A stretch of DNA of 36,225 nt from Candidatus Chisholmbacteria bacterium RIFCSPLOWO2_01_FULL_49_14 (GTDB lineage: Bacteria > Patescibacteriota > Microgenomatia > UBA1400 > Chisholmbacteraceae): the NCBI GenBank assembly GCA_001816915.1, contig MHCL01000008.1:17040-53264 (forward strand). The letters are read 5' to 3'. Below the pieces are notes generated by a model that made no database searches, was not told the DNA's origin, and saw nothing but the letters and a program-made list of their open reading frames with translations. Shown here one piece after another: positions 8,452 through 17,756 of the stretch (within the stretch, counting starts at the first letter, position 1; each line of letters starts with the position of its first letter). Both the position numbers and the translations under genes were made by a program.

Positions 8452-10023
8452 ATGAACATACGGGCTCGCGGTTGGCCGCTTTTCTACAAAGATATCCTTC
8501 TGGTGAAGGATCCTCAGCATCACGTCGGCGTCTGTTGTTTGTGGACGGAACGGCAAGTCGTCGCCAAGCTTATCGAGGGCAGCAACTACAACCTCATCGG
8601 CAACCTCTACAGCGCGCAGGGCATCAATGCCATGATGCGCAATATCTTTGCCAATCCCGTCATCAGGACTATCGTGCTCTGGGGCGCGGAGATGAGCCTT
8701 TCCGGTCACTCGTTCCTCATGTTCATGAAGGAGGGGATTGATAAGGACCGCAAAATCATCAACGGACGGGGAGAGGTGGAGAAAGAGATCGGCAATCGGG
8801 CAATTGAACTTTTCAGAAAAAATGTTGACGTCGTGGATCTGCGCGGAAGGGATCGGGAGGCTTTGGTCAGAGTGTTGAAGGAATTGGGGCAGAAAAAACC
8901 GAAACCGTTCACGAAGAAACCGAGGGTCTTTGCGAAGGCAGAGCCGACGATTTCCGTATTTCCCAGCCAGAAAGTGGGATTTCGCGTCTCTTCTCCCAAA
9001 GTCGCCAAAACCTGGGTCAAGCTTCTCAATGAGATTTACAAATACGGATTACCCAAGCACACGCGCTACAGCAAAGACAATGAGATCCGCGAGATCCTCA
9101 ATCTCACGGCCGTGGTGACCGATGAGGATCCCAAGGATATTTATTTTCCCGAGTATCTGCCGTTCGGAAGGACCGAGCTTGAGGCATATTACGCGGAACT
9201 CATGACCGACCGCAAGATCCCGGGAGTTGCCTACAATTACGGCAGGCGCCTGCGCAAGGAGCTCGGTGTGGATCAGATTGCCAAGATGAAAGAACTCATA
9301 AAAAAACGGCCGGCTTCCAAGAAAATGGCGGCGTTTACGGTCAATGTCAGGAAAGACTGGGGGGAAGTCAATCGCGGAGACACTCCGTGCCTGATGCAGG
9401 TTTTGGGAAGCATCTACGATAACCGCTTCTACATGACGGCACATTTCCGCAGTCAGGACATGGTGCACGGTTGGCCTCGGAACGCCTTTGCGCTACGAAA
9501 ACTTCAAAAAGATATTGCCGATAGTACCGGTTATTCCATGGGTCCGCTCACGATTATTACTCACAGCGCGCACATCTATGGAGATGATTTTTTGCTGGTT
9601 GAAAATCTTCTCATGGATCATTACGAGCAAGAATTGGGATTCTCGCCTGCCGTTCATTTTACCTTTGATCCGCGCGGCAATGTGGTGATTGAAATTATCC
9701 GTGAGAAGGATGCACTGCAATTTCATGAATACTCCAAACGTTATGAAAAGGGAGCAGTTCCTTTTGCCGTCTCACAAACGCTGAAGCGGCTGCCCAAGCG
9801 GGGGAGAAATTCCGGCAGGCTCATCCGAGCGACGCTGTTTGCTCCCGACGGGGGAGCGCCCCTTAAAGTGTTTGAGGGCAGGACGGCGCAGGAGGTTGCC
9901 TATCAAATTGCCGATTGGGGATATCTCACGGATCCCGCGCACGCGATGTATGTCGGCCAGGAACTGCAGAGGGTCGAGGAAGCTCTGATTCACGGAGGAG
10001 GGTACCATCAGGATCCGGCGTAA
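8452..10023 (+). CDS. thyA: Thymidylate synthase (archaeal-like ThyA) fused to an N-terminal MtrA-like domain and a C-terminal DUF4346-like domain
   Basis: TS motifs TPCL, FRSQD..GWP.N, SAHIY. N-terminal VGVCCLWT...GNLYS.GI....N..ANP.IR is MtrA-like. C-terminal DPRGN...HAMYVGQEL...YHQD. Start moved to ATG 8452 because TGcTACCTT lies 7 nt upstream. Confidence 0.8.
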   Translation: MNIRARGWPLFYKDILLVKDPQHHVGVCCLWTERQVVAKLIEGSNYNLIGNLYSAQGINAMMRNIFANPVIRTIVLWGAEMSLSGHSFLMFMKEGIDKDRKIINGRGEVEKEIGNRAIELFRKNVDVVDLRGRDREALVRVLKELGQKKPKPFTKKPRVFAKAEPTISVFPSQKVGFRVSSPKVAKTWVKLLNEIYKYGLPKHTRYSKDNEIREILNLTAVVTDEDPKDIYFPEYLPFGRTELEAYYAELMTDRKIPGVAYNYGRRLRKELGVDQIAKMKELIKKRPASKKMAAFTVNVRKDWGEVNRGDTPCLMQVLGSIYDNRFYMTAHFRSQDMVHGWPRNAFALRKLQKDIADSTGYSMGPLTIITHSAHIYGDDFLLVENLLMDHYEQELGFSPAVHFTFDPRGNVVIEIIREKDALQFHEYSKRYEKGAVPFAVSQTLKRLPKRGRNSGRLIRATLFAPDGGAPLKVFEGRTAQEVAYQIADWGYLTDPAHAMYVGQELQRVEEALIHGGGYHQDPA

Positions 10024-10135
10024 GATAGCAGATAGAAATAAGAAAGACAGTTGATAGAGACATAGATAGAAAGTGGATAGACAGAAGTAAGATCAAATAG
10101 TGAATAGCAGATGGCAGATGGATGAGGTGAATACT
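10024..10135 (+). repeat. Purine-rich GATAG(A) repeat tract
   Basis: GATAGCAGATAG...ACAGTTGATAGAGACATAGATAGAAAGTGGATAGACAG; its core is shared with 34614-34767. Confidence 0.75.
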
Positions 10136-10137
10136 AT

Positions 10138-10200
10138 TTGACAGATGGGATGTTATAGGATACAATATCGCAATTCCTGGACTTTTAATCCGGGATTTTT
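10138..10200 (+). promoter_or_regulatory. Consensus sigma70 promoter followed by a leader hairpin and U-tract
   Basis: TTGACA(10138)-17-TACAAT(10161); TCCTGGA/TCCGGGA stem (10175-10195) followed by T5. Confidence 0.6.
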
Positions 10201-10212
10201 AGAAGAGGATTT

Positions 10213-10824
10213 ATGACTGGAGAGGTTCCGAGTCAGTTTGATCAGACTGAAGCATCTCGAGAAAAACTTCAAGGCAATCTTGAACAGCTTCCTGGTCCTG
10301 TTCGCTATCTTTATGAACGAGTTCGCGGACTTGTTACGCAGAACGAGCCTGGATACGATGCGTACGAAGTCAATGTCGAGCGCTTTTCTGGACTGTTAGC
10401 AGAGAAAGGGGTTTACCTTATCGGAGCCCCTCTCGAATCCGTTGTCGTTTATGCTCGGGTGGAAAATTACGCAGACTTTCCTGATGTATCCGTGGCTATC
10501 CATCGACAGGGCGAAGAATCGCTTGGCGGAATAGTGGCGCTTTCAACCCATGGACTCGTCGCCGATTTATCAATGGATTTTAAGAAAGCTGTGTATATAC
10601 AGAAGGGGGAGAATCAGAGACTTAACCAAGCGCAACTCACGGCGCTTGCATTCACAGAAGCTTTGTTGGATTCACTTAGAGATGCGAAGGGTAAGAGGCT
10701 CATTCGACGTCAACAAGAAAAGATGCAACCGCGTTTTATTATTCCAGTATATTTTATGGAACATACGCGTCCTCAATATCTGACGGGATTTATCGGAAAG
10801 GAGGATGTTCCTTGGGGAGAGTAA
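10213..10824 (+). CDS. Hypothetical protein (203 aa)
   Basis: SD-like GAGGA, own promoter, long ORF. Confidence 0.72.
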   Translation: MTGEVPSQFDQTEASREKLQGNLEQLPGPVRYLYERVRGLVTQNEPGYDAYEVNVERFSGLLAEKGVYLIGAPLESVVVYARVENYADFPDVSVAIHRQGEESLGGIVALSTHGLVADLSMDFKKAVYIQKGENQRLNQAQLTALAFTEALLDSLRDAKGKRLIRRQQEKMQPRFIIPVYFMEHTRPQYLTGFIGKEDVPWGE

Positions 10825-10827
10825 TCT

Positions 10828-11280
10828 ATGACATTTTCTGAAGGAGATCAACCAACACACCAGCAGCCTCAGACTTGGGAAAAAATGTCAGATCTGAGGG
10901 GATCAGGTATCATCCGAAACCTCGGCGGTCAATCGGAGATGATTCCACCTGCAGGCATATATGCCAGTGATTATATAAGGGAGGATAGTAAACGGTTATC
11001 AATTGAGCTCAAGAACCTCGTTCAGGGTCTGGCTCATGGGATACTCCATTTCTTCTCAAAAGTAGAAACTCCTCAAGAAGAAATTGGTGGTGAAGACCTT
11101 CTTAATCGTACCGGAGCCCTCATCGGATATTATCGGCCAGGCGTTCCGCTTCACATGGAGCCTGGCGTCTTCTACGCGACAGGAAAAGTAACACGGGAGC
11201 AGAGAATCGATCTGCAGCAACCGGATCTTCCAGAAACATTTGACCATGATTCTGATTCTTCAGATTCTGAAACTCCCTAA
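10828..11280 (+). CDS. Hypothetical protein (150 aa)
   Basis: Starts 3 nt after the previous stop, with GGGGAG upstream. Confidence 0.7.
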   Translation: MTFSEGDQPTHQQPQTWEKMSDLRGSGIIRNLGGQSEMIPPAGIYASDYIREDSKRLSIELKNLVQGLAHGILHFFSKVETPQEEIGGEDLLNRTGALIGYYRPGVPLHMEPGVFYATGKVTREQRIDLQQPDLPETFDHDSDSSDSETP

Positions 11281-11400
11281 TTCCTAAACAGCTCAACCCT
11301 CAACCCCAATCGCTACATCCAACAAACTGTTTTTCCCGTTTCGTGTTTTTTGGGGATTTACAGAACTCATCTGCTTCTGATAATTTGAACACTTGGTCTC

Positions 11401-11745
11401 ATGAAAACGATTGAACTGGAAATTCAACAACGGCTTGAACACCGAGAATTGGGACCGGTTCGCATTCAATGGGCGGACGGTATTATCGATGCAGGGGTGG
11501 TGGTCTACTGTCCGCATTCCGAGGAGGGAGAACGCCATGTCGCACTTGTCCCGGACAGTTCCTGTGACGATCATGTCGTCTGTCCGCAAGGCCATGACAT
11601 TTATCTCACGCATGTTGAAGACAAGCTCACTGCGTATGCGGAACCGCCGGAGGGTTTTTCGCCTCCGAAACTCATTCGCGTCTGGCAGAGCGATGTCGGG
11701 AAATGGCCACAGGTCACCCATGTTCGGGAAGATACTAGCGAATAG
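11401..11745 (+). CDS. Hypothetical protein, possibly metal-binding (114 aa)
   Basis: CPH...H...C...CPQGH cluster of Cys/His residues. Confidence 0.6.
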   Translation: MKTIELEIQQRLEHRELGPVRIQWADGIIDAGVVVYCPHSEEGERHVALVPDSSCDDHVVCPQGHDIYLTHVEDKLTAYAEPPEGFSPPKLIRVWQSDVGKWPQVTHVREDTSE

Positions 11746-11802
11746 GCTCGCATATCAAATTGCTCGGTCTAGAAAGCAGGCTTCTCCATTAGGAGGTTTT
11801 TT

Positions 11803-13026
11803 ATGGCTACACGAGGTAACGAGCTTCCATCTAATTCAGAATATGGCCCCCTGGCATATATCGTTCCTCGTATCGTACCCTCCGAAGGAATGGAACTTCC
11901 CGAGAAGAATAGGACTCTGACATCACCATCTACCGAGTTTGAAGTCCATATCATAGAGGATGTTCCCGGAGTGTCGCAGAGCGTTTCCCAGTTTTACCCG
12001 GAGTTTGAAGGAGTATTTCCTGACTCATTGGTTCTCAAGATTTGCGGAACACTAGCAAATGAGTTCTTCATCAATGGTGGTGAAATCGGGCAGGAGAGTA
12101 TTCGGAGAGAGACGTCGGTGGCACTGAGAGATCAGAGAGTTCCCATCGTCTTGGGTCTGGGATGGGTTAAGCGTGAGGAGGGTGGTCGGATGGCGCTCTT
12201 TCCTCAGCCCGCTGACGGCCGAGAGGCGGCGATGGTTATGTGTAATTACGTTGATGAGACAGCGTTCGGGGCGGTTGTGGAGGCTCCACTTTCTTCCGCT
12301 GAAAGACGAGAGATCATGGAGCAATCGGTGAAGCGGATGCTGGCGCTGAAGGTCCCGATGTCTGCAGAAGATGCGAGATCGTTTGATCCGGTCGTTGGCA
12401 CGCGGGCACTCATAGGTGAGACTCTTGATCGTGCCTTTAACTGGCGTCGGGAGCAGTGGGGCGTTGATCCATCGCAGGAAGCGAAAGAAGCACACCGTAT
12501 CTTCAAAGTGGCGTTTAGCGAGTGGATTGAAGATTCTGATACTCGGCAATTTCTCCAACTCGAGAATGAGAGAGGGGCGTTTGGTGATCAACACGGGGAT
12601 CCGAGGTTGTTTGACAACGCGAGTATCGTGCGACGATCGAACGGTTCGCCTGTAACGATCATTCGAGATCCGGTCCGGCTTTTCTTGCGGGACCGGCAGG
12701 ATTGGTCGAACTTTCATCTTTGTCATGATCTTTTACAGCTAGGATGTCTTTTAGCGCGGCCGTTCACTGATCCCAAGCATCGGGACCTCTTTCGATATGG
12801 ATTCGAGGCGTATGAGCGAATGTCGCGTGCCTCCAGCTCCAACATCCTAGGAGATCAAATGCGAGAAAAGCTTTTTGGGATCGGACTCGCGTACGGGCCG
12901 CAGGTTGAAATCGTCGTGCGTGGCTATGTAAACGATGAGGGAGCGGGACCGGTTATCGATGACTACTGGCGGATTGATCGATGGCTTTCAGAGAGCAATT
13001 TTCTCGGATGGAAGGAGGAGCTCTGA
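11803..13026 (+). CDS. APH/protein-kinase-like phosphotransferase
   Basis: VLK, a helix-C-like Glu (RRE), HGDPRLFDN catalytic loop, IIRD, then ...HDLLQLG as in APH-like proteins; SD AGGAGG. Confidence 0.6.
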   Translation: MATRGNELPSNSEYGPLAYIVPRIVPSEGMELPEKNRTLTSPSTEFEVHIIEDVPGVSQSVSQFYPEFEGVFPDSLVLKICGTLANEFFINGGEIGQESIRRETSVALRDQRVPIVLGLGWVKREEGGRMALFPQPADGREAAMVMCNYVDETAFGAVVEAPLSSAERREIMEQSVKRMLALKVPMSAEDARSFDPVVGTRALIGETLDRAFNWRREQWGVDPSQEAKEAHRIFKVAFSEWIEDSDTRQFLQLENERGAFGDQHGDPRLFDNASIVRRSNGSPVTIIRDPVRLFLRDRQDWSNFHLCHDLLQLGCLLARPFTDPKHRDLFRYGFEAYERMSRASSSNILGDQMREKLFGIGLAYGPQVEIVVRGYVNDEGAGPVIDDYWRIDRWLSESNFLGWKEEL

Positions 13027-13778
13027 TTCCGATTTTTATCGCAACCGGCCATTCAGGGAGCGGCAAGTCCACTCTTCTCAGTGTGGCGAGGGAGGCGTAT
13101 CAGAACTACGGGTTGTTTCCTGAAACGATAACGGACAGAAATCTTCTCTCCCAAGCCGTTGCCGAGGACATGATGCGCGGGTTTTCCGAGGTCGAAGTTT
13201 CACCTGGGAAGCAGGCACGAGTCAGTGAGCATGCGATCCTTTATCGGGATCACGATGAGCCCGGTTTGCGGGTGTTTACGGTTCGGGATGGGGTGCTCCT
13301 GAACGACGTCCACCGGAGGATGCGCGACATAATCTGCGACAATCCGAATGAGCAGGGACTCGTGATCGAGTGGACGACCGGACCGAATGTCGAGGTATTC
13401 CCTGTATTACCGACCGGTGGGGAAGGGCTCTACCAAGATGCGGAAAGCTTCCTTCGGTTGTTTTCCGAGCGTAGCCTCGACGAAGACCGGCGCGTCTTGG
13501 TGATTGCCGTGAATGCGGATCTTGAGTTTCGGGTGGCACGGAATCTCAGGCGCCCGGACCCGATGGAACCTAGTGACTTTGCCAGGATCTTCCGCGACGG
13601 AGGAGAACTGCGAGCTGCACACCTGCAACAATTTTCGGAAAGGTTTGTTTTTAAGGAATACAGCAACAATTACGACAACGAGAGGCGTTTTTTTCGAGAA
13701 ATGAATCATCTGTGCGGCAGAGAACTTTCCAGTCTGATTGAAGGAAATCGGCCGAATCCCGAGCGACGGGATGGATAA
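13008..13778 (+). CDS. P-loop nucleoside/nucleotide kinase-like protein
   Basis: IATGHSGSGKST Walker A and lid-like RVARNLRR. Overlaps the APH-like gene. Start uncertain (12981 or 13008). Confidence 0.7.
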   Translation: MEGGALIPIFIATGHSGSGKSTLLSVAREAYQNYGLFPETITDRNLLSQAVAEDMMRGFSEVEVSPGKQARVSEHAILYRDHDEPGLRVFTVRDGVLLNDVHRRMRDIICDNPNEQGLVIEWTTGPNVEVFPVLPTGGEGLYQDAESFLRLFSERSLDEDRRVLVIAVNADLEFRVARNLRRPDPMEPSDFARIFRDGGELRAAHLQQFSERFVFKEYSNNYDNERRFFREMNHLCGRELSSLIEGNRPNPERRDG

Positions 13779-13836
13779 ACAAATACCCACAAACGGCTCT
13801 TGCTACGTTCTCAACCACTTGGTATTCTGACTCTCA

Positions 13837-14751
13837 ATGAAACGGGTGAAAGTGGTTTTAGATTTTGACGGGACGCTGACCGATGAGGCTCGTCAGGCCC
13901 GGGAACTCAAAGGAATCGCCCAACGCATGCTTGCCGAGAAGATCCTGAAGGTTCCCCTCAAAGATGTCAAACGCCGCTATAATCGGGTCCGCAAGGCGAT
14001 TCTTTCCTCTCCTCACAAGTATCATTGGTCTGTCAATGGTTTGAAGGCGACCTACGCCCACGAAGGAGCGTACCTCCTTAATACCTCGATTTTGCAGGAG
14101 GTCATGCGATCAGACCTCAACTATCTTCGTGCTGTTATGCGAAAATTTCCGCCAAATGCGCTTGATTCCGTCACCTTGGCTTCCAACCATTTGTTCCATC
14201 GCGGGACCATTCAGGTTGATCCCCATTTCTTGAAGGGTGCGGAAGAACTTCTTGTCGAGATTATCAAACATCCGACGATCGATCCTGTGATCCTCACCAA
14301 TTCTGAAACCAAAAAGATCGAGAAGAATCTGAAAGCACTGAAAATCGGCAGGAAGGGAACGCGCAACCGTTTCGCATACGAGATTGAGATTTTGGGAGAT
14401 ACCCGTCAATATCACATGGACCCGGATTGGGAACAGCATTTTGAGCACCATCGTTACGGTTCGACGCAGATCCTGCCGGTCAACGAGCAATTCTCCATCG
14501 ACCTGCGGCGTCCGGTCTACCACGCGGTATTGAAGCAAATCCTTGAGGAGGGATTTGATGAAGTCGTCGTGGTTGCCGACGGGTTGTCGCTGGCCGGAGC
14601 GTTGCCGCTCGTCATGGGACTTACTTTTGTCCTCAAGAAGACAGGCTTCACGCCGGAGTGGTGTGAAACATGCGTCCGGGAGCACCCAAACGGACGGGTT
14701 GTCAATGATCTTGCGGAGCTCAAGGAATATCTTTTCGGATTGGTTGCCTGA
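13837..14751 (+). CDS. HAD-superfamily hydrolase
   Basis: Motif I VLDFDGTL, motif II ILTNS, VVVADG as a motif-IV-like segment. Confidence 0.75.
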   Translation: MKRVKVVLDFDGTLTDEARQARELKGIAQRMLAEKILKVPLKDVKRRYNRVRKAILSSPHKYHWSVNGLKATYAHEGAYLLNTSILQEVMRSDLNYLRAVMRKFPPNALDSVTLASNHLFHRGTIQVDPHFLKGAEELLVEIIKHPTIDPVILTNSETKKIEKNLKALKIGRKGTRNRFAYEIEILGDTRQYHMDPDWEQHFEHHRYGSTQILPVNEQFSIDLRRPVYHAVLKQILEEGFDEVVVVADGLSLAGALPLVMGLTFVLKKTGFTPEWCETCVREHPNGRVVNDLAELKEYLFGLVA

Positions 14752-14805
14752 TATGATCCGCCCTTGCGGAAAGCCGAGGATAGTTTTCAGTCCGGGAGTT
14801 TAATC

Positions 14806-15462
14806 ATGCATATTCCTTCTTGGTTACCCAGTATTCGTGCCTTGGGTTGGGATTTGGACGGGACCTTGTACCCGCCTTCACAGACGCTAACTAAACTGAT
14901 CCAGAAACGCCAATATCAGGCTGTCTCAGAAAAAATGCGTTGGAGCCTTCAGAGGACGCGAAGCGAGTACGAAAAACGATATCTGAATCTCGGGAGCAAT
15001 ACGAAAACGATATCTTCATTTGGTATCGACGGGATTTCATTCTTCACCTCGGCTTGGGATACGATTGACCTGTCGGTATTCATCCACAGAGATGAGCGGA
15101 TGGTACACATGTTTGATTCGCTGGCTTCAAGAAGGCATTTTCTTATTTCCAACAGCAATCGGCTTGATCAAATTCAGAAGAAACTTCTTCTTATCGGTCT
15201 TCAAGCGGAGATCTTTGAGGTGATCGTACCGACTGAAGAACTGGGTGAAGTCAAACCGGACCCCGCCCCGTTCCTCTTCGCGCTTGAGAAACTCCGGCTC
15301 CCGCCCGAGCAGACGCTGTTTATCGGTGATCGGGTATCGACGGATGTGATGGGGGCAAGTGCAGTTGGGATGCGCACCTGCCGGATTGGGGAGACGACGC
15401 CAAGCGCGGATATCTGTATTCCGTCTGTCTACGATATACTCTTGATATTTTCCGACCGGTAA
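14806..15462 (+). CDS. HAD-superfamily hydrolase (nucleotidase-like, subfamily IA)
   Basis: WDLDGTLY, ISNS, KPDP, FIGDRVSTDVMGA. ATG at 14806 preferred over TTG at 14764. Confidence 0.85.
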   Translation: MHIPSWLPSIRALGWDLDGTLYPPSQTLTKLIQKRQYQAVSEKMRWSLQRTRSEYEKRYLNLGSNTKTISSFGIDGISFFTSAWDTIDLSVFIHRDERMVHMFDSLASRRHFLISNSNRLDQIQKKLLLIGLQAEIFEVIVPTEELGEVKPDPAPFLFALEKLRLPPEQTLFIGDRVSTDVMGASAVGMRTCRIGETTPSADICIPSVYDILLIFSDR

Positions 15463-15507
15463 CAGCAATTGACACTTGCACGGATCACGCTGGAAAGTTT
15501 AGGATAA

Positions 15508-16602
15508 ATGACGATGAAGGTTTACTTCGGCGCCTCCATTACCCCCTCGCGGAACATGCTCCCACTCTATCAACTGGTTGTCTCCGAAATAAAACGGCAG
15601 GGACATACCGTGCTCTCCGAGCACGTCGTCGATCCCAACCTCAAGACGACGGGGAAGCTTAATGCCCGCAAGATTTTTGCAGAGGAAGTTGAGAAAATCC
15701 GGCGCTCAAACGCGATGGTCGCCGAAGTGACCGAACCGTCGTGGGGGACCGCATTTCTCATGGAAGAAGCGCTCGAACAGGGGAAGCCAGTTCTGGCGCT
15801 CTATTTTGAGGAGAGTGAAACGCCTTTACCGCTGATGATTCAAGGCCACCCGGAATTGTATGTGGCGCACTACAGCAAAGACGATGTGAAGACGGTTCTC
15901 AAACACCATTTTGAACATTTTTCCCAGTCAAACGGCAGACGGGGAAAGCTCATTGTCTTGGACGGGGCGGATGGCTCGGGAAAATCAACACAGACAAGCC
16001 TCCTTTTAGACTACCTGAAGAAGAAGGGAATCGATCACACCTATATTTCTTTTCCCCGTTACTACACCTCCTTCCACGGCAGGCATGCCGGGAGATTCCT
16101 GATGGGTGAGTTCGGCGGAAACAACGAGGTGAGCCCATACCTGTCATCTTTGGCGTTCGCGCTGGACCGACTGACGGCACGTGATGAGATCGTCGATTGG
16201 CTCAAAGAGGGGAAAATCGTGGTTGCCGACCGCTACGTTTCAGCGAGTTTGGCCCATCAATCATCAAAACTCCCCCTCGTAAAACGCAAAGCCTTTGTTG
16301 AGTGGCTCTATAACATGGAGTACAAGGAGCATCGCTTGCCGAAAGAAGACGTGGTGATTTATCTTCATGTGCCGGCTGCGATCGCTCAGAAACTCTTGAT
16401 CAAAGAGATGAGAAGGCGGGATGAGGCGGATGTTGATATCGAGCATCAAAAGCGGACGATCGCGATGTATAAAAAACTCGTGCGCAAATACAAGCACTGG
16501 GTGATGATTTCCTGCGTCGACGCGAAAGGCAAACTTTTTTCAAGAGAGGCGATCCAGAAAAAAATTCTTGCAGTCTTGCGGGAACGCAAGATTGTTCCCT
16601 GA
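15508..16602 (+). CDS. tmk: Fusion of a DNPH1/Rcl-like (NDT-fold) N-terminal domain and thymidylate kinase
   Basis: N-terminal KVYFGASI...VLSEHV...VAEVTEPS.G...KPVLAL...MIQG; C-terminal LIVLDGADGSGKSTQ, FPRY, FALDR, DRY. Confidence 0.82.
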   Translation: MTMKVYFGASITPSRNMLPLYQLVVSEIKRQGHTVLSEHVVDPNLKTTGKLNARKIFAEEVEKIRRSNAMVAEVTEPSWGTAFLMEEALEQGKPVLALYFEESETPLPLMIQGHPELYVAHYSKDDVKTVLKHHFEHFSQSNGRRGKLIVLDGADGSGKSTQTSLLLDYLKKKGIDHTYISFPRYYTSFHGRHAGRFLMGEFGGNNEVSPYLSSLAFALDRLTARDEIVDWLKEGKIVVADRYVSASLAHQSSKLPLVKRKAFVEWLYNMEYKEHRLPKEDVVIYLHVPAAIAQKLLIKEMRRRDEADVDIEHQKRTIAMYKKLVRKYKHWVMISCVDAKGKLFSREAIQKKILAVLRERKIVP

Positions 16603-16621
16603 GCAAGGCTTGAACCGGCGG

Positions 16622-16704
16622 TTGACACAACCGGGATTGGGATGTAGCGTAAAATCCCAGAGCATTTCGACAGGCTCAATGCAAGCCGAAACTCTGGTTT
16701 TTTT
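16622..16704 (+). promoter_or_regulatory. Promoter plus leader terminator-like hairpin with an inserted palindromic unit
   Basis: TTGACA-17-TAGCGT; CCAGAG(16657)...CTCTGG(16697)-T7 ending 6 nt before ATG 16711. May also terminate the tmk transcript. Confidence 0.5.
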
Positions 16705-16710
16705 CTGGCT

Positions 16711-17142
16711 ATGCTGAATCACGAAACACTACGACGAGACCTTAGTGAAATCGGATTTTCCGACCCGTATAAGCAGAGTTCAAGACACGATGCCGTCTGG
16801 ATGTTCATTGACGGGGCGGTGGAGCGGGGAGGGGTGATCGATCCCGTTATACTGGCGCAAGAGATCGGGTGTGCCTCAAACATCGTCTTTGACTATCTGA
16901 CAGCACATCCGTTGACGGAAAGTTTCCAGGCAGGTAACGGACAACATAAATTCTGCTCACTGTTGCCTCCACCAAAACCCACAGAAGAAGGGTTAACGGA
17001 ATTACAGAAACAGAAACTGCTGTTATCCGAAGATCCGTTGGGGGCTGAAGCAAGGCTGGAGTATTACCGTGACGTCGAGGAGCGGACGCTCAGGTTGAAG
17101 CATTTGAGGAAATCCCGGAAACGGCTGGTTCGACGATTTTAG
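16711..17142 (+). CDS. Hypothetical protein (143 aa)
   Basis: ORF with its own promoter; possible helix-turn-helix-like segment LAQEIGCASNIV. Confidence 0.65.
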   Translation: MLNHETLRRDLSEIGFSDPYKQSSRHDAVWMFIDGAVERGGVIDPVILAQEIGCASNIVFDYLTAHPLTESFQAGNGQHKFCSLLPPPKPTEEGLTELQKQKLLLSEDPLGAEARLEYYRDVEERTLRLKHLRKSRKRLVRRF

Positions 17143-17195
17143 ACAATATGACTTTTTCTCTGAAGTCTAGTTGTAGGAATACAAAAAGAAGTACC

Positions 17196-17232
17196 AAAAA
17201 CCCGAGAATCATCAGGAAATTCTCTCGGTTTT
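17196..17232. terminator. Imperfect hairpin flanked by A/T tracts
   Basis: AAAACCCGAGAAT...ATTCTCTCGGTTTT downstream of 16711-17142. Confidence 0.4.
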
Positions 17233-17271
17233 AGAAAACGCAATATTATTTATAATGGGGGATGATCATCT

Positions 17272-17478
17272 ATGACTATTTCTCAAGAGATAGAGAACAA
17301 TGGGGAGGTATGGACCCCCACAAGCAAAAAAGCCAATCCGCATCCAAATATGGAAGCCGGCGAACGTGTGATTCGGGTGTGGGGAGAGTTCTATGAGAGT
17401 TTGCCAGAGGAGAACAAACAGAGATTTCGGGATCAATGGGAAGTAAATCAAGAGACATCAGTTCGAGATGGTTTATAG
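17272..17478 (+). CDS. Small hypothetical protein (68 aa)
   Basis: TATAAT and GGGGGA upstream; plausible composition. Confidence 0.5.
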   Translation: MTISQEIENNGEVWTPTSKKANPHPNMEAGERVIRVWGEFYESLPEENKQRFRDQWEVNQETSVRDGL

Positions 17479-17524
17479 CCGATAGATGATAGTCGAGAAA
17501 GTTATTGATAGAATTCTTTTATCC

Positions 17525-17751
17525 TTGACTAATGTGTATCTTATGTGTATAATTCTCTGAAAAGTGGATCGAGATTTTGATTGAAAGAGCCCACTTTTTG
17601 AACGAAGAAACGATATCTCGAACAGCACTCGGGAGGAAACCAAGATTCAGAAGGTGGGTTTTTTGCAATCTTGATCACTATGAGGAACACGATTAACGAT
17701 ATCAAGAAATACCGAAGAACTTGAGGGAGCGCGCGTCACGGCGCGCTTTTT
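17525..17751 (+). promoter_or_regulatory. Promoter and ~200-nt structured leader with a 14-aa uORF and an intrinsic terminator
   Basis: TTGACT-17-TATAAT; uORF 17680-17724; AGCGCGC-GTCACG-GCGCGCT-TTTT (17728-17751) immediately before ATG 17757. Confidence 0.6.
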
Positions 17752-17756
17752 GTACC

